A DNA stretch of 64,000 bases, from the NCBI RefSeq assembly GCF_009834535.1, contig NC_045697.1:93746001-93810000 (forward strand), given 5' to 3'. Shown one piece after another: positions 1 through 12,920 of the stretch (positions within the stretch are counted from its first letter, which is position 1; each line of letters starts with the position of its first letter). Position numbers and translations under genes: made by a program. The DNA is from Camelus ferus (lineage: Eukaryota). The notes beneath the pieces are model-generated. The model saw only the letters and a program-made list of their open reading frames with translations. It did not search any database and was not told the origin of the DNA.

Positions 1-1794
1 GTTGAAAATTAAAGCTTAGCTTCATTTTTCATCAAATTATTCAATAATATCTAGGCTGTTACTTTCTAACACTGTTTGTTTCTTTGTTAATTAAATAGAT
101 TATTTCAGGTACATTCTGAATGCTTTTTCTAATTAATAAAATTCTGTCATGTAGGTATCAAACAGCTCCAACTGAAACTACATAAGCATCATTAAAATAT
201 AGTGCTCAGATATGAAATTACACTTGAATAAAAGCTTTCCACTTTACTTATATTCTAGGAGACTTAAACTTACTAATAGTGTGGTAGATGTAATATAGTT
301 AATGGTGAAGGAAATTAGAGATATGTATCAATGTAAAGTGTATTATAATATTAAATTAGTAAAATGATGTTCCCACAAAATATAGTTTATAAAAAACTAA
401 TAAATATTTGCATATGAATTTCCCTCAAGTAAACTAATGCAAAAATTCATTTACTAGCACAATTAACTCTAATATTAATATTAGTAATTACTTTTAAGTG
501 CAAATAAATGGTAGGTTTGAACAAATATGGATGAAACATTGTTTTAAATATGATCAGGACTTTGGAGAGTTACAGAAAGAGAAATACGCAATTTTTCTTG
601 GATATACATTGCAACGTCTTCAAATACAATTGTGTGTGTTTTCTGAATGTTGCTTCTGTACTTTTAAATTGGCAAAAGCAGAGAATTGGAGAGAGAAATT
701 GTGGGCAAAAAATGGTAGACTCCTATAAATACAGGTTAGATAAACTGTGTAGCCTCATGAAAATGGTTCTAGGTCTGCCATATTTGAATTATTACTGTAA
801 ACCTTCTTGTGATGTGCTGCAGTACATGGAACAATTTTTCAGCAGTGATCAACACTTTCTTTGAAGGAAGTAAAGTCTCTAGCTTACATTATTCACACGT
901 TGGCTGTTTAGGCCTCCTTCTCAGGACTGTGTCGTAAGAGGCTCTTCTAACCTGGGAGGAGAGCTAATTCAGTGGGTTCCCTTAAACCACCATTGGCTTC
1001 TATTAAAATTTGTTTTACCTGTTTCTTCTCATTAAAACCAACAAAACTGAAAAAGAGCAATTTCCCTAAGAGGGAGGGAGAGAGAAAGAGAGCAAACAAA
1101 AAAGTAAATACAGGAAACAGGAAGAAAAAGTAACTCATCGTTTATCAGGTAAGAAATCACATCTAACTAAAATTGAAGACAGGATAGTATTTCTGCCAGT
1201 TAAGCCAATTGCAACAGAGGGGGAAAAGAGAGGCTAAAATAGGCTCAAGAATATATGAAAATCCCATTCATGGGAGAGAAGATAGTGATCAGCTTTGGGG
1301 AAACAGTGAACACCACTTGGGAGAAGGATGATGTATGTGTAATAAATACTGCTGGTGTTATCTACAGTCTTCCTGATTTCTACACATGTGCGTAGACTTG
1401 AGATTGAGTGTGAATGAATGGAGCTGGAAGCCCTCTGCTGTCGTAGCCTCTCCCCATAAACCTTGCTCCAAAAGTGTTCTCCTTCTAAGGGTGACTGTGG
1501 GAGTGTGGGGTATCAAACAGATGCTTGAACACAGGCAATCTAAGCTGAGTGATCCATTTTTACAGGATCAAGTCAACTGTGAGAAAGGAGTGCATCAGGG
1601 GAGAGGTGCAGCCCCGTCTGCTGTCAGACGGAGCCTTCAGTCTGTTGCCTTCAGTCTAGTGCAGACTCTTCTGCTGGGCTGAAGGTAGGGCTGCCCATTC
1701 CAGCCAGCTCTTTGCCAGGTAATCCAAGATATGCTACCCTAGAGCTGTTCCCTGGATAATGCTTATGTCATATCCAGAAAGAAAGCAGGGGAAA

Positions 1795-2520
1795 GGGCAG
1801 AAACTGGAAGAAGAAATTTCAAACGCATATAATTAACGTAAGTATTAATATTTGGTATACATAAAAACTAAATAGATAAAAATAAATAACCCACTGATAG
1901 AAATTGATAAGAAGATTGGGAGAATAAAAGAAGCTGTATCTTATGAGCAATCTTGTTCCATAATTAAAACCATTAGGTCTATAACAATTAAAAATCTGAT
2001 AACATGTATTAGTCAGACAGGAAGCAAATGGTGATAAACTGCTAACATGTGCATAAATCTTTACAACTACCTTGGGAAATAATTTGTTTTTATCTCATAG
2101 AACTGAAGAAATACATGTCTTATGACTTAAAAATGTGTGCATGTGCACCAAGGGACACATATGAAGATGTTCACAGAAGCTTTGTTTTTATTAAACAAGA
2201 AACTAGAAACAATGCAAGTGCCCATCAAAAGGAAAATGGATAAATATTCACACAGTTTTCTATGTTGATATAAAGGAATCAACTGTGGCAGTATATACCG
2301 GAAGTTCAGGAACTCAATACTGAGAGAAAAAGAGGGTGCAGGAGGTTTACATTAAAATAAATGAACAATATGAAAAACTAAGCAATATATTGCTTAGGGA
2401 TAGAAGTTTGTGGAAAAATATAAGGAAATTCATAGGAATAATAACCACAGTCATGAAAATGGTTGTCTCTGGAGTACACAAGGATAAGGCAGTGTGGTCA
2501 GACACCTCAATTTTTTAAAG
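1795..2520 (+). mobile_element. Old LINE-1 (L1ME-like) ORF2 3' end / 3' UTR fragment
   Basis: Degenerate L1 3' motifs such as AAGAAACTAGAAACAATGCAAGTGCCCATCAAAAGGAAAATGGATAAATA; A-rich plus strand; no intact frame. Confidence 0.65.
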
Positions 2521-2995
2521 AATGTAATTTAATAAAATGCACCTAATTTGTATTATGCTCATGAATAGTTAAATATGTTTCTGTCTCAATAGAATATTGT
2601 TACATTCGATGTGATTTAGAACAGACTTTCAGAAATACGTGTGCCTGCCTTGTAGATACATAAGTAAATAAATTTTATGTTATTAGGCTAAAATATTATA
2701 TCACTGTTTTAAATATATAAGAAAAATGAAACAAAATTCTACTGCATCAGAATTTGGGGGTGAGGGGTGGGGAAGTAGCCAAATGACACTTTTAGTGTTT
2801 TATTTTAAAGAGTTGACCGCCACGCTGCACGTTAGAGAGAAAAAGAAAAGAAAAAGGAAAGTTAATTTAGCAATTTTGCCTACACTTTACAGTAATTGTC
2901 AAATAAATCATTTATAAGCTTCTTTTCTATACACTTTCTGGTTGAGTTATTTTCGACAGACTATAAATGAAAAGTATTATGAGGATGCCTGTGAA

Positions 2996-3014
2996 ATCTG
3001 CCACCTGGTGGAAG
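2996..3014 (-). promoter_or_regulatory. CTCF-like motif
   Basis: Minus strand reads TCCACCAGGTGGCAGA, a close match to the CTCF core CCACCAG(G/A)(G/T)GGC(A/G). Confidence 0.5.
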
Positions 3015-6000
3015 ACACCTGGAACTACAAGAACAAATGAATCGCCACACCCCCTACCCCCCCTCTTTTCCTCCTCCTTCTTCCTTCCTTCCATATCTCC
3101 CCAAAAGGCAAATTGGGAGAAAGTAGGGGAGGGTGTTTGTTTATTTTTTTTACCTCACAAACACTTATTTTTTTTGGAAAATTACATTTTATGAGAAAAA
3201 TACTCTCTGATAATAGAGGCCAGAAATAAATCTGCTAAGTTTCTATTATCATCAACAGACCATAATCTTAAGTATAAAACAAATGCAACCACCAAAGAAT
3301 CACAATTGGAGCACAGTTCAGCTATCACTTACTTCTCTAACACACAAAAAAGACAGCATTTCCTAACAGACTATTGTTCATATAATAGTATCTCACATCT
3401 CATGATATTTAAGTCTTAGCCTTCATCTTTTGAATAAGTTTTATTTGCACTGAGAAAAGAACATCCAGACTACTGAGTTAGCTGTGTTATTTCTCAACTT
3501 TTCATAATACTGGATGTCATTTACACACTTTTGTTCATTTATATTGTTTCTCTTATTTAGTTGAAAAATGGGGAAAATGTCATATAATGCATTTCTTAAA
3601 CTAAAAATATGTTTATTCATTGCATAGTGCTATATAGACAGCAAAAAGTGCCATCTGTTACAGCCAGTGTTGTCACTTACATGGAGGAAATAGCTGAAGT
3701 AACAATGTTTTAATGCCTACAGCAATAAGGCAAACCCTCTTGTGAGATTAACTACATAAACTCATATATGAAACAAAGAGAAATATTCTATAAATTTCTA
3801 AACCCCAAATAAAATTTCACAGCTTATAAAATAGCTTGATATCTTTGTTCTAGAAAAATTTATTAATCCAAAGTAAAGTTACCTTTACTTAAAGATCTAC
3901 AGTATTCCTAAATTGAGAGAACTGACGTGTTGAGCCAAGAGCAGAGGGAAAGGGTAGACAGCATTTCACAACAAACACACGTGGGAAAAGAAGATCTGTA
4001 TCTATCTTCCAGAATACTGGGGAAATCCAGTCTCCTTCTTAACTAACTCTATTGATTTGGATCGCTGAGCACTTGGGTGAAGAAGGGAATTCTCCTAAAA
4101 ACTTGGATTTATCTATAAAGGAGAAAAGGTTTAAAGATATTAGCAATTAACTTCTGCATGGAATAAAAATACTAATACATGCTAATGCCAAATAGAAAAT
4201 GACAGGTTAAGATGAAAATGACAGCCATGTCTTCTCATTAATAAATTTGGTTAGGAGAGATTGGGATTTATTTTTAATGTAAAAGTCAAAACAAGAGGCT
4301 GAGGGTTTAGGCTTCCCAGTCATCAGTTGATGGACTTATCCAACAATAAGGTTAAAATAGCTGCAAAAAATTATAAATAGACAAGATGTCAGAAACAGAA
4401 CTGCACTGTTTTCTTTGGATGTGAGCAGACCGCTCTATGCACTGCAACTACAGAGAAAAGTCAGGTGTAGTAAAAAAGACAGCGAGAAAAGTTAGACAAC
4501 TGGCTATTAGAAGTAGTATCTTTAAGCAAAGAATGACTCTTTGAACAAAAACCTAAGTATAGGAGACGAGAAAACGTTCCTTTAAGTTTCCCAGCCAGTA
4601 CTTATGTCACGGGGATGCCATTAACCTATTCAAAGTTGTACAGAAAATGAGGGAAATTATGGGCTATCCAAGTCTGGACAATCAGAATTGTATTCTGTTG
4701 CAGCTGCGTGCCGCACGCCTGCCGACAGTCCACCAACACACGCTCCCTGCAGCCGCTCCTGATGACAGGTTAATTTGTTGCTACAGATTTAGGAATTTCT
4801 CATTTGAGATCTGGAAACAAAACCCACTATTTCCCACTCTGTTTATGACATTCTCACCATAGTTCTTAATACACTTCCGGTTTCTACTTGAATAATTTAC
4901 CTGAATACAAACCTGTACTAACTTCTAAATCCAATTTTCTTCAAAAGTCTAATGAGCTTTCAGTCTCTGAGACAGATTTGTGTGAATTTGTATGTGCAAA
5001 CACGTTTGTTTGCTTTCCGAATGTAGAAATAGGTAAGTGCTTTTCCGTGTTACAACGCCATCACCTCTAACATGGAAATTCATGACCTCCTGACTCATTG
5101 ATCCCAAAGTTCTGCAATTTCCCAAATACAGGAGAACTTCCTCCAGGTCATGTTCCTTTGTCTTTCTTGATAGCTGTGTCACAGATATCGTCGTCTCCTA
5201 GAACTGCTCCAATAAAGATTTTAATTTTAGAGTGCGTGATATTCCCCACTCTCCCACATCTTTATACTTAATGTTGTGTCTCTGCCCCTGACTGTAAAGC
5301 TCAGATCCTCACCAATGTACCACTTTCAAAGTTCACTAACTTGACATCATAAATTCCCAACATGCCATAAGTGGATTCCTACTAGTCGTCTGAACAACAC
5401 CTGTGAAAATAGTGCAGGATTTTCATGTCTTCGATTTACTGCTATACCTACTAAGTCAGATTTGAGAATGGCCCCATGAAGGCAGTTGTTTAAACTGTCA
5501 CACCTTTTCGTGCTTCAGGTATGAACTGTGAGTTGGAGACTACCTAGTAAGGCATCAAACTCTACAATGTTCTTTTCCTCAAAATGTCCCACAAATGAAA
5601 TTAATTTCCACAGAAAAACATCCTCATCAAGCTGACATTTCTTCCTAAGTGAACAAACACATAAGCTCTGCTCCGTCACTATTCCTTGTATATCTCCTTT
5701 TCCCCAGACCAGCCAGTCTTGCCCCATGTATTTCATTTCAGGTCATCGTTAGTCAGAACTTTCTTTCCTACAGGTCCCATTATTTGCAGGATTGCATTAT
5801 TACTATTTTATAACCATTGTTAATTATATTGAGTGATACCGTGAGCAATAATCAGAGCAGAGTATATTTGTTTAATGCCCCTGTTGAAGGAACTCTTCAA
5901 TTATTTGTAGATCAATTAGCCCTGGGGTCTTTGGAACCTTTCTCCAATTCAATGAAGAAGTTAAGTAAACCCCTTCTGGCTCTCTTGCCTTAGTAAGTTT

Positions 6001-6214
6001 CTTTATTTGAAGCCTCTGTCCTCTGAAAGAATCATCGCTACCAACTCTGCTTAATTACAGATGTGAATCATACCCTGAAAGTTTTGTACAGTCTGCACTT
6101 TCTGAATCTGTGAAATACATCAGATTTTTAAAATGTGCATTATAAAGTATAAACCTTCCCTTGCAGATGTGGTCGTTCAGCTTGGGGTTTTTGTATAATT
6201 CTGATGCTCCTAGT

Positions 6215-6900
6215 GATTTTTCTTCCAGTTTTATTGAGATATAATTAACATACCGCACTATACAAGTTTAAGCACAATGATCTGACTTACATACATCATG
6301 AAATATTATCACAATATTTACTGAACATCCATCATCTCATATAGATACAAAATTAAGACGTTAAAATAAATCATTTTTCCTTGTGACAAGAACCCTTAGG
6401 ATTCACGCTCTTAACAATTTTCATATATAACACACAGCAGTGTTAATCATCTTTATCATGTTGGACATTACATCCCTAGTGTTTATTTATCTTGTAATTG
6501 GAAGTCTGTATCTTTTGACTACCTTCATTCAGTCCCTCTTTTCCCCACTCCCTGGTTCTGGGAAGGACAATTCTGATCTTTTTTTGATGAGTTTATCTGT
6601 TTGTTTTTGAAGTATGAGTGACCTACAACACTACGTGAGTTCCTGTTCCATAACATAATGATGGGACATTTCTATACATTTCGAAATGATCGATCACCAT
6701 GGTAAGTTTGGTTACCATCTGCCACCACACAAAGATATTACAGAGCTATTGACTATATTCCCCGCACTGTACATTTCATACCCATCACTAATTTATTTTG
6801 CAACTGGAAGTTTGTACTTCTTAATCTCCTTTGCCTACGTTTTTCCTCCCCGACCCCTTACCTGGCTGGCAACCACCTGTTTGTTCTCTGCTGTTTCCTT
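6215..6900 (-). mobile_element. LINE-1 3' UTR (L1MA9-like / laurasiatherian L1)
   Basis: Begins TTTTCTTCCAGTTTTATTGAGATATAATTAACATA, the reverse-complemented L1 3' terminus; two related 3'UTR-like blocks at about 6215-6600 and 6600-6900. Confidence 0.75.
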
Positions 6901-7499
6901 TTTATTTTTAGCTTTGTTACTTAGGAGTCACTCGTGGGTAATTATGGGCTATTTATTAGTCAAAAGTTGTACCTAACCTTCCTTAACGAGTCAGATCTTT
7001 ACCCTCTACCATTGGAAGTGTGTTTGGCTTAGGGGCTAGTATTACATTTCAAGGAACTGTGTTTGCCCCATTTTCAGACAAGGACTGGTAGCTTGTATTT
7101 TTCCTCTCCTCTCAATCCTGAGAAGACATAGTCTTGGACATTCCCGGAGTCTTCCAGATTGCCAAGGGTGAGTATGATCTCATTTATAGGAGTTTAAAGA
7201 AATTGGCTTTACAGGAGCTGCCCCTGGGTCAGAGTAGCTTATCGCTTAGTCAGTGCATGAGTCGGTTTCTGACACTGTGCTTAAGTTCCCATGCAGGTAA
7301 GGCTTCTGCCTCGTATTGATGTGTCTATGGGTGGCTTGCTGAATGCTTTCAGGTCTGTCCCATGCCTCGCTCTGATTGCTTCTGATACCCACTCATCAGT
7401 ACAGTTCAGCTTAGCACATGTACACTTAACTTTCTTCCTGACCCTTATAGCTGAATGTGTTCTTCTGAGATCTCTTCTTGGTTCTGTCTTTCCCAAGTC

Positions 7500-8360
7500 T
7501 TCTCTATTAACTTCTGATTCCTCTGCTGTTTGGCTTGAATCATGGAGGTATCTGCTTCCTCTTAATTGCTCTCCACCAAAATCTCTACTGATTTTGAAAC
7601 TGTCCTCAGACGGGGAGTTTTTTGTGCTTGGTTCCAAATAAAGTCAGATTCCTCAGAGCTAGGAAAGGCTTCAATCTTATCACCCAACTTTCTCCCTGTG
7701 CAGAATCCTTGCACCACTGCACCCGAGCTGGTGGGTGGGCAGGGCTAATTTTTTCTGGACAATCCCCTCGTTGCACAATTGGGCACTGGGGGAAGGAAGC
7801 AGATTATTTTCTCCTTGGCTTGGTCGGGACAGCACAGAACCTACACTATACGAGCAAACTAGACGTGGGACTCTCAAAGACCAGTATTCTTGGTCTGCAC
7901 TGCCTAGAGTAAGGCTTCTATCCTATAACTGAGGGCTGGGTGAGGACACCCAGTCCTCTGAGAAGTGCCTGGCTAAATAGAGCTTCTACAACATGGGGCT
8001 GGGAGGCATAAGAAATGCCGGCAGCTCTCTGCTTGGGTAAAGTCATAACCCCAGGCTAGGAACTGAAGGTGAGAAGGCACTGTGTTTCTGGCCGCATCTG
8101 CCTATGAGTAGAATAACCACGTTAGAGCTTTTATAACACAGACCAAGGAGTGGGAATGATGAGAATTGAGTTGTGCTTCAAGTTTCATAGACTTTCATTG
8201 TTCTTAACAAAGTAGAAGATTTTTTGAATGGATGAATAAATGTTTAGTACAATTTCCAGGGACTATAAATGATTGTTGCCATATTTATGCTTTCCACCAG
8301 TTAAACTGTCTTTTTACCAGGCGATGGTCCACTGAGATCTTTACTCTGCCATTGAGGAAG
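7500..8360 (-). mobile_element. Old L1M (L1MC/MD-type) 5' region
   Basis: GC-richer block ending ...GGTCCACTGAGATCTTTACTCTGCCATT; resembles the L1 5' end at 58750-59378 in this window. Confidence 0.5.
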
Positions 8361-8399
8361 TCCCCTCCTAAGGACTCTACTGATATTGTTGAATTATCA

Positions 8400-8695
8400 T
8401 CTGATTTCTACTGTTCCTAATGAGAAGTCAGCAGACATCTGAATCATTGCTATTGTCTATATAATCTGTCATATTTTTCTTGCTGCTTTCAAGATACCCT
8501 TTCTGTCTTTAATTTTAACCTCTTTGACTGCATTTATTTTTGTAATTACTTCTTTTCTGCTTTCAATTTCATTTTAGATTAACTAAGCTTCTTGAATTTT
8601 TAAATTTATGTCCTTTGTTACATTTGGGAAATTTTATTTCATATTTCTTTACCCTTTATTTTTGCACTTATCCATTCCCCTTTTCTCTAGGGTAT
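8400..8695 (-). mobile_element. Old L1 ORF1-region fragment
   Basis: TGAGAAGTCAGCAG...TTTTTCTTGCTGCTTTCAAGATA is typical antisense L1 ORF1 sequence; similar to 57440-57620. Confidence 0.55.
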
Positions 8696-8699
8696 TGGT

Positions 8700-9148
8700 C
8701 ACATTAGTTTTCTAAAGCTGCGCTTACAAAGTACCACCAACTGGGTGGCTTCCAGCAACAGAATTGTATTCTCTCACAACTCTGAACGTTTTAAGTGCAA
8801 AATCAAGGTATCAACAGGGCCATTCTTCCTCTGAGATTCTTGCATTTTCCTAGCTTCTGATCACCACTAATCCTTGTTATTCCTTGGCTTATATCAGTGT
8901 CACTCTGAGCTCTGCCTCTGTGGTCACATGGTATTCTCCCTGTGTGCCTGTGTATTCACATGGAATTTTCATCTTCCTACAAGGGCACCAGTCATACTGG
9001 ATTAGATCCCACCCTATTCCAGTAAAATTTTATACTAACTAATTACACTTGCAATGATTCCATTCCCAAAGAAATTCACATTGAGAGGTACTGGGAGTTA
9101 GGAACTCAAAGTATTTTTTTTTTAGATACATGATTGGACCTATGGCAT
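8700..9148 (-). mobile_element. MaLR solo LTR (MLT1B/C-like)
   Basis: ATTAGTTTTCTAAAGCTGC...AAAGTACCACCAACTGGGTGGCTT...AAATCAAGGTATCAACAGGGCC...GGTACTGGGAGTTAGGA, the canonical MLT1 layout. Confidence 0.85.
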
Positions 9149-9364
9149 TGTTTTTGCACAAAATGCTACAAGTAGTACTCACAAGCCCTTCCTTTTCCTC
9201 TGTGAGACTTGCCCAACCCACTCACAATGGGACAGATGAAAGGGAAAATTTAAAAACAACTTGTGTCCAAACACAGCCCTCATTGTAGTCGTTCTTGCCA
9301 CAGCTTGTGTATAAGAACTTTTGACCTATTCTAAATGTTCAATTAAAAGATAATAGATGTTGGC

Positions 9365-9388
9365 AAAAAAAAAAAAAAAAAAAAAAAA
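9365..9388 (+). repeat. Poly(A)24
   Basis: Pure A run read directly from the sequence. Confidence 0.95.
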
Positions 9389-9680
9389 GGGCGATGTGGT
9401 TTATCCAGAGTCAGCTTAATCATTAACAAAGCTGGGATTCTAATTTAGGAATTTTGAATTTCAAAGTTTAAATTATTATCCATAGTGAATAGGATGAACT
9501 CAATGCTCAATGTTTCATCTGTTTGTTTCAGTATCCCAGAATTAGGGAAATGGGATGAGGTAGCAGGAATAATTTTGACTATGGATCTTGATTAAAAATA
9601 ATCTCCTTTGGAGACACTGCTTTGGGAAAGATCCCCAGTGTTCTCCTTACTTGCTGCAACTAGTAAACCCTTCCTTCTCT

Positions 9681-9753
9681 AAAAATAAACAAACAAAACC
9701 CAAATACAAACAACAAAAACAAAACCAAACAAACCAAAACAAAAAACAAAAAA
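9681..9753 (+). repeat. A-rich (AAAC/AAAAC)n low-complexity repeat
   Basis: AAACAAACAAAACCCAAATACAAACAACAAAAACAAAACC... Confidence 0.85.
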
Positions 9754-10799
9754 GTCCTTTGATTTGGAAGGAGCCAGCATCATAAATCTGCATCATTTTT
9801 CCGATTCATGCATGAACCCAGTCATGTGTTGAGTGTATTTACATACAGTAAGGTTTAACTTCATTTTGAAATTTACATCAGAATTCTAGAAATAAAAGAA
9901 ACCTAGAGTCAAAGACCGATTAAGTCAGAATGACATCTATTTAAATTAGGAAGCACAGCCAAGTTTATGGGGAAGTCTGTACTCAAACAAATCTTCTATA
10001 CACCCATTTCCTTGTTCGCGGTTGTCATTTTATCTGCAGGAGATCCTGAGCTCCATTTATTCCATTTGAGAAGAAGTAGGAGGGATAAGCACCATTAGGT
10101 AAAACTGCCCATCTTTCCAGATTTCTAATCTAAAACCTCATCACTGGGTTCGATGGCTAGCATTCACCACCACCTCCCCTTTCTGTGCATAAGTTCCTGA
10201 ACCTATAATCAAGGGGTGCTCCTTAATTCTTGTTTCCCGCAGTATTCAACAGCTAGAAAGACCCACACCATATACTCTATGTTAGATAACGATCCCCAGG
10301 AATAGGTCTGGAATCCTTCAACTTTAAGAAGCAGAGGTTTTAGTCCCAAGACCAGACCAAGAGGTTTAAAGACTCACAGAGCAACGCGAGAACTGTCAGA
10401 AGAGATTTTCCACCTGCCTGCATTTCTGAAGCCTTGTTCTGCCTTGTCTTATAGTCTGATGCATGGCTTTTTCTCAGCATGTCATAGTTTAGCCTTCCTT
10501 CTCCAGTTTTACACAGTGCCCTTTAGTCTTGACTAATGGCTTGACTTGGCTTTTGGGAGTGACTTTCTTCTTGACTCTTACACAGTACATGTCACAGAAA
10601 CCCTTCTTCTAATTGTTGTCTGCAACTTGCCGCTGCGGTAACTGACCTTTTTTGAAGGCTTTCTGAGGGGTCCCTTCTGCTCAACCAGCCAGCTGCTCTG
10701 TTACCCTTTGCTTCCCTCCTCTGGCAAAAACTAGCCATTGCAGTTCAGCTCCCAGATTCCAAGTTTGTGTTCTTATGTGTCAGTCTTAGCTCCTGACTC

Positions 10800-11160
10800 G
10801 TTTATTAATTTATTCACTCATCCATTTATTCAAGAAATATTTATAAATTACCAATCAACTGCCAGACACAGACAGGTTATGAGGACCAAAAGTTAAATAC
10901 CAACCTTATTTTTTTCCTTAGCCCTTACTGATCTTACAGTATGGTGCAGAAGATAATCATTGATCCAATAATGACTTATTTATCATTTATCACTTCTTTT
11001 GGATCTCATGATATTAGAACGATCTCTTTTTAATAAGTTATCTTACTTATTCATCTATTTATTCTTCCATCTGCTCGTTCAACGTTAATCTATTGTACTA
11101 CTATGCATCAAGGCCCAAAATACCGGTGACACAGCATGAACGAGAGAGATCTCTAGTGAG
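10800..11160 (-). mobile_element. L2 3'-end fragments (two)
   Basis: ATTCACTCATCCATTTATTCAAGAAATATTTAT... and TATTCATCTATTTATTC...; (ATTC)n-type L2 tails in reverse. Confidence 0.55.
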
Positions 11161-12229
11161 AAATCCAGCATAAAATCCAGCAGAAAGATAACTATTAAGA
11201 TGACTAATTGAAGTAAATTCATATAGAAGAAATGCAGAGTGCAGGAGAAGATACACTTGAAGTATGTAAGGAGTATTTATTTTCAAATACATACTTCCCA
11301 TATAACGGGAAAATTATGCCAACTTTTCCTGTGCCCAGACCTGCTCCCTCCCTCTCCCCTCCAGAAGTATTTCTCTCAAGGGCTATCCTCAGTATTTACC
11401 CTACACACTAAACTCCATCTCATCTCAGACTCTGCATCCCAGAGAACGTGACCTGCAGCATGAGCCTTCTCTGACTGGATTTCAGTTTCCCCCTTTCCTA
11501 ATTTTGCTGGGTGTTTCCATGTTTAATCAGACTGAGCTGAGATGTCACAATTCCACCTGTTGATGTTCTCTAGCCTACAGTTAATGCTCCCCTTGGCACT
11601 GGATACATTTAGTTACATAAAATTACTTAGGACCACTTTCTATGTTCTAGAGGTTTCATTATCTTTAGCAGTTATGCAAGACCTAGAATTTCAGTTAAGT
11701 TTTTTAACTTCTGTTATTCTTCTTTCACATAAAAATATGTGAATGTGTTTAGGTGGAAATGCAAGGAAGAGTGGGGAGGAAAGGCTTTATAAGGTATTAT
11801 TATAAGGATATACTCAGGATAAAAATTTCATAAATACTATTATCTGTATGATTTCTAAACTTTTCTGTTTGATCCATTGGTTTAAATAATCATGACAATG
11901 CAGCTCTAATTGACAGTGACATGTGAAGCTGACTCATAAAAAAGTATTTACATGGAAATGACTCCTGAGCAAGTACTCTAACAATTTTGATTCATATTTA
12001 TGTCTCTAATTAAATTATTTGTATTCACTAATGCAAACTCTTGTCATAGCAATTTCCTAAAGTGTTACATACGCCTCTACTAGGTTTTTGTAATGATAGT
12101 TATACTTTTTCTAATATCTATTGAACTTTTTTATCCTCCCCTGTGAGAGGGAGAGTGTATGTGTGTGTGTGTGTGTGCGCGTGCACCTACCACAGGGATA
12201 ATTTTTCAGATCTTATCTAAATATAGGTA

Positions 12230-12495
12230 AGTCAAAGAAATTAACTTTTTATATTTAATTTACATTTTTATTAATATAGAAAAAATTAAAAATAATAAAC
12301 TATGCATCTATGTACCTACCACACCTAACTTGTTATTAACATTTTACTAATTTTTGCTACTCATGCAGTCGTCACTTTGCACAGTCAGATGGTAACAGGA
12401 ATTTTACCTCAGTTACCACTAAAGCTTGCAAATCATGGACCCCATCCTGATCTGCGTGTCTCAGTTAACGTGGCACTGTGCAAAACAAGGACTGC

Positions 12496-12531
<36 letters not shown>

Positions 12532-12920
12532 TTATATGTACCAAGGGAAAGTAAATTGTAGACATCATGACTTTTCACCCTTAAGTGCTTCAGGCCACAT
12601 CTCCTCAGAAACATGACATCCTCTTACAGAACTACAATATAATCATAACCCATAAAATATAATACCAAAATTATAAATCAATAATCTCATGGAATAATGA
12701 GTCCGTATGTTAATTTCCCCAATAATTGTCCCTCCTCTCAGTCCAAGCTCTAATCCAACTTTACACAGTGTATTTGGATGTAATGTTACTTTTGTTTTTT
12801 TTAATATACAGTTCATATAGATAGATAGAGACTAGGTAGATTTTTTCCATGACTGTTCCTTGAAGCATCCAGGCCAGTCATCTTTGATGATCTGACATCT
12901 GAATTTTGTCTTCCAAGTGA
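12230..12920 (-). mobile_element. Old L1 (L1MC4/5-like) 3' UTR
   Basis: GAAAGTAAATTGTAGACATCATGACTTTTCACCCTTAAGTGCTTCAG...GACATCCTCTTACA. Confidence 0.6.
12499..12528 (+). repeat. (TG)15 microsatellite
   Basis: Perfect TG run; a shorter (TG)n lies at about 12158-12177. Confidence 0.95.

Noticed and set aside
2755..3090. G-runs / C-runs as G-quadruplexes
   Set aside because: Only three G3+ tracts are available in each cluster, not the canonical four
3871..3890. Short isolated hairpins (also 13863-13882, 41221-41237, 63183-63209)
   Set aside because: Stems of 7-8 bp are expected by chance in AT-rich DNA
5400..5740. Minus-strand ORF vaguely like a CR1/L3 endonuclease
   Set aside because: The diagnostic YRPP and GDFN motifs are not actually present
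10200..10800. Possible old LTRs here and at 30940-31500 and 48900-49160
   Set aside because: Composition is suggestive, but no termini or family-diagnostic sequence could be confirmed
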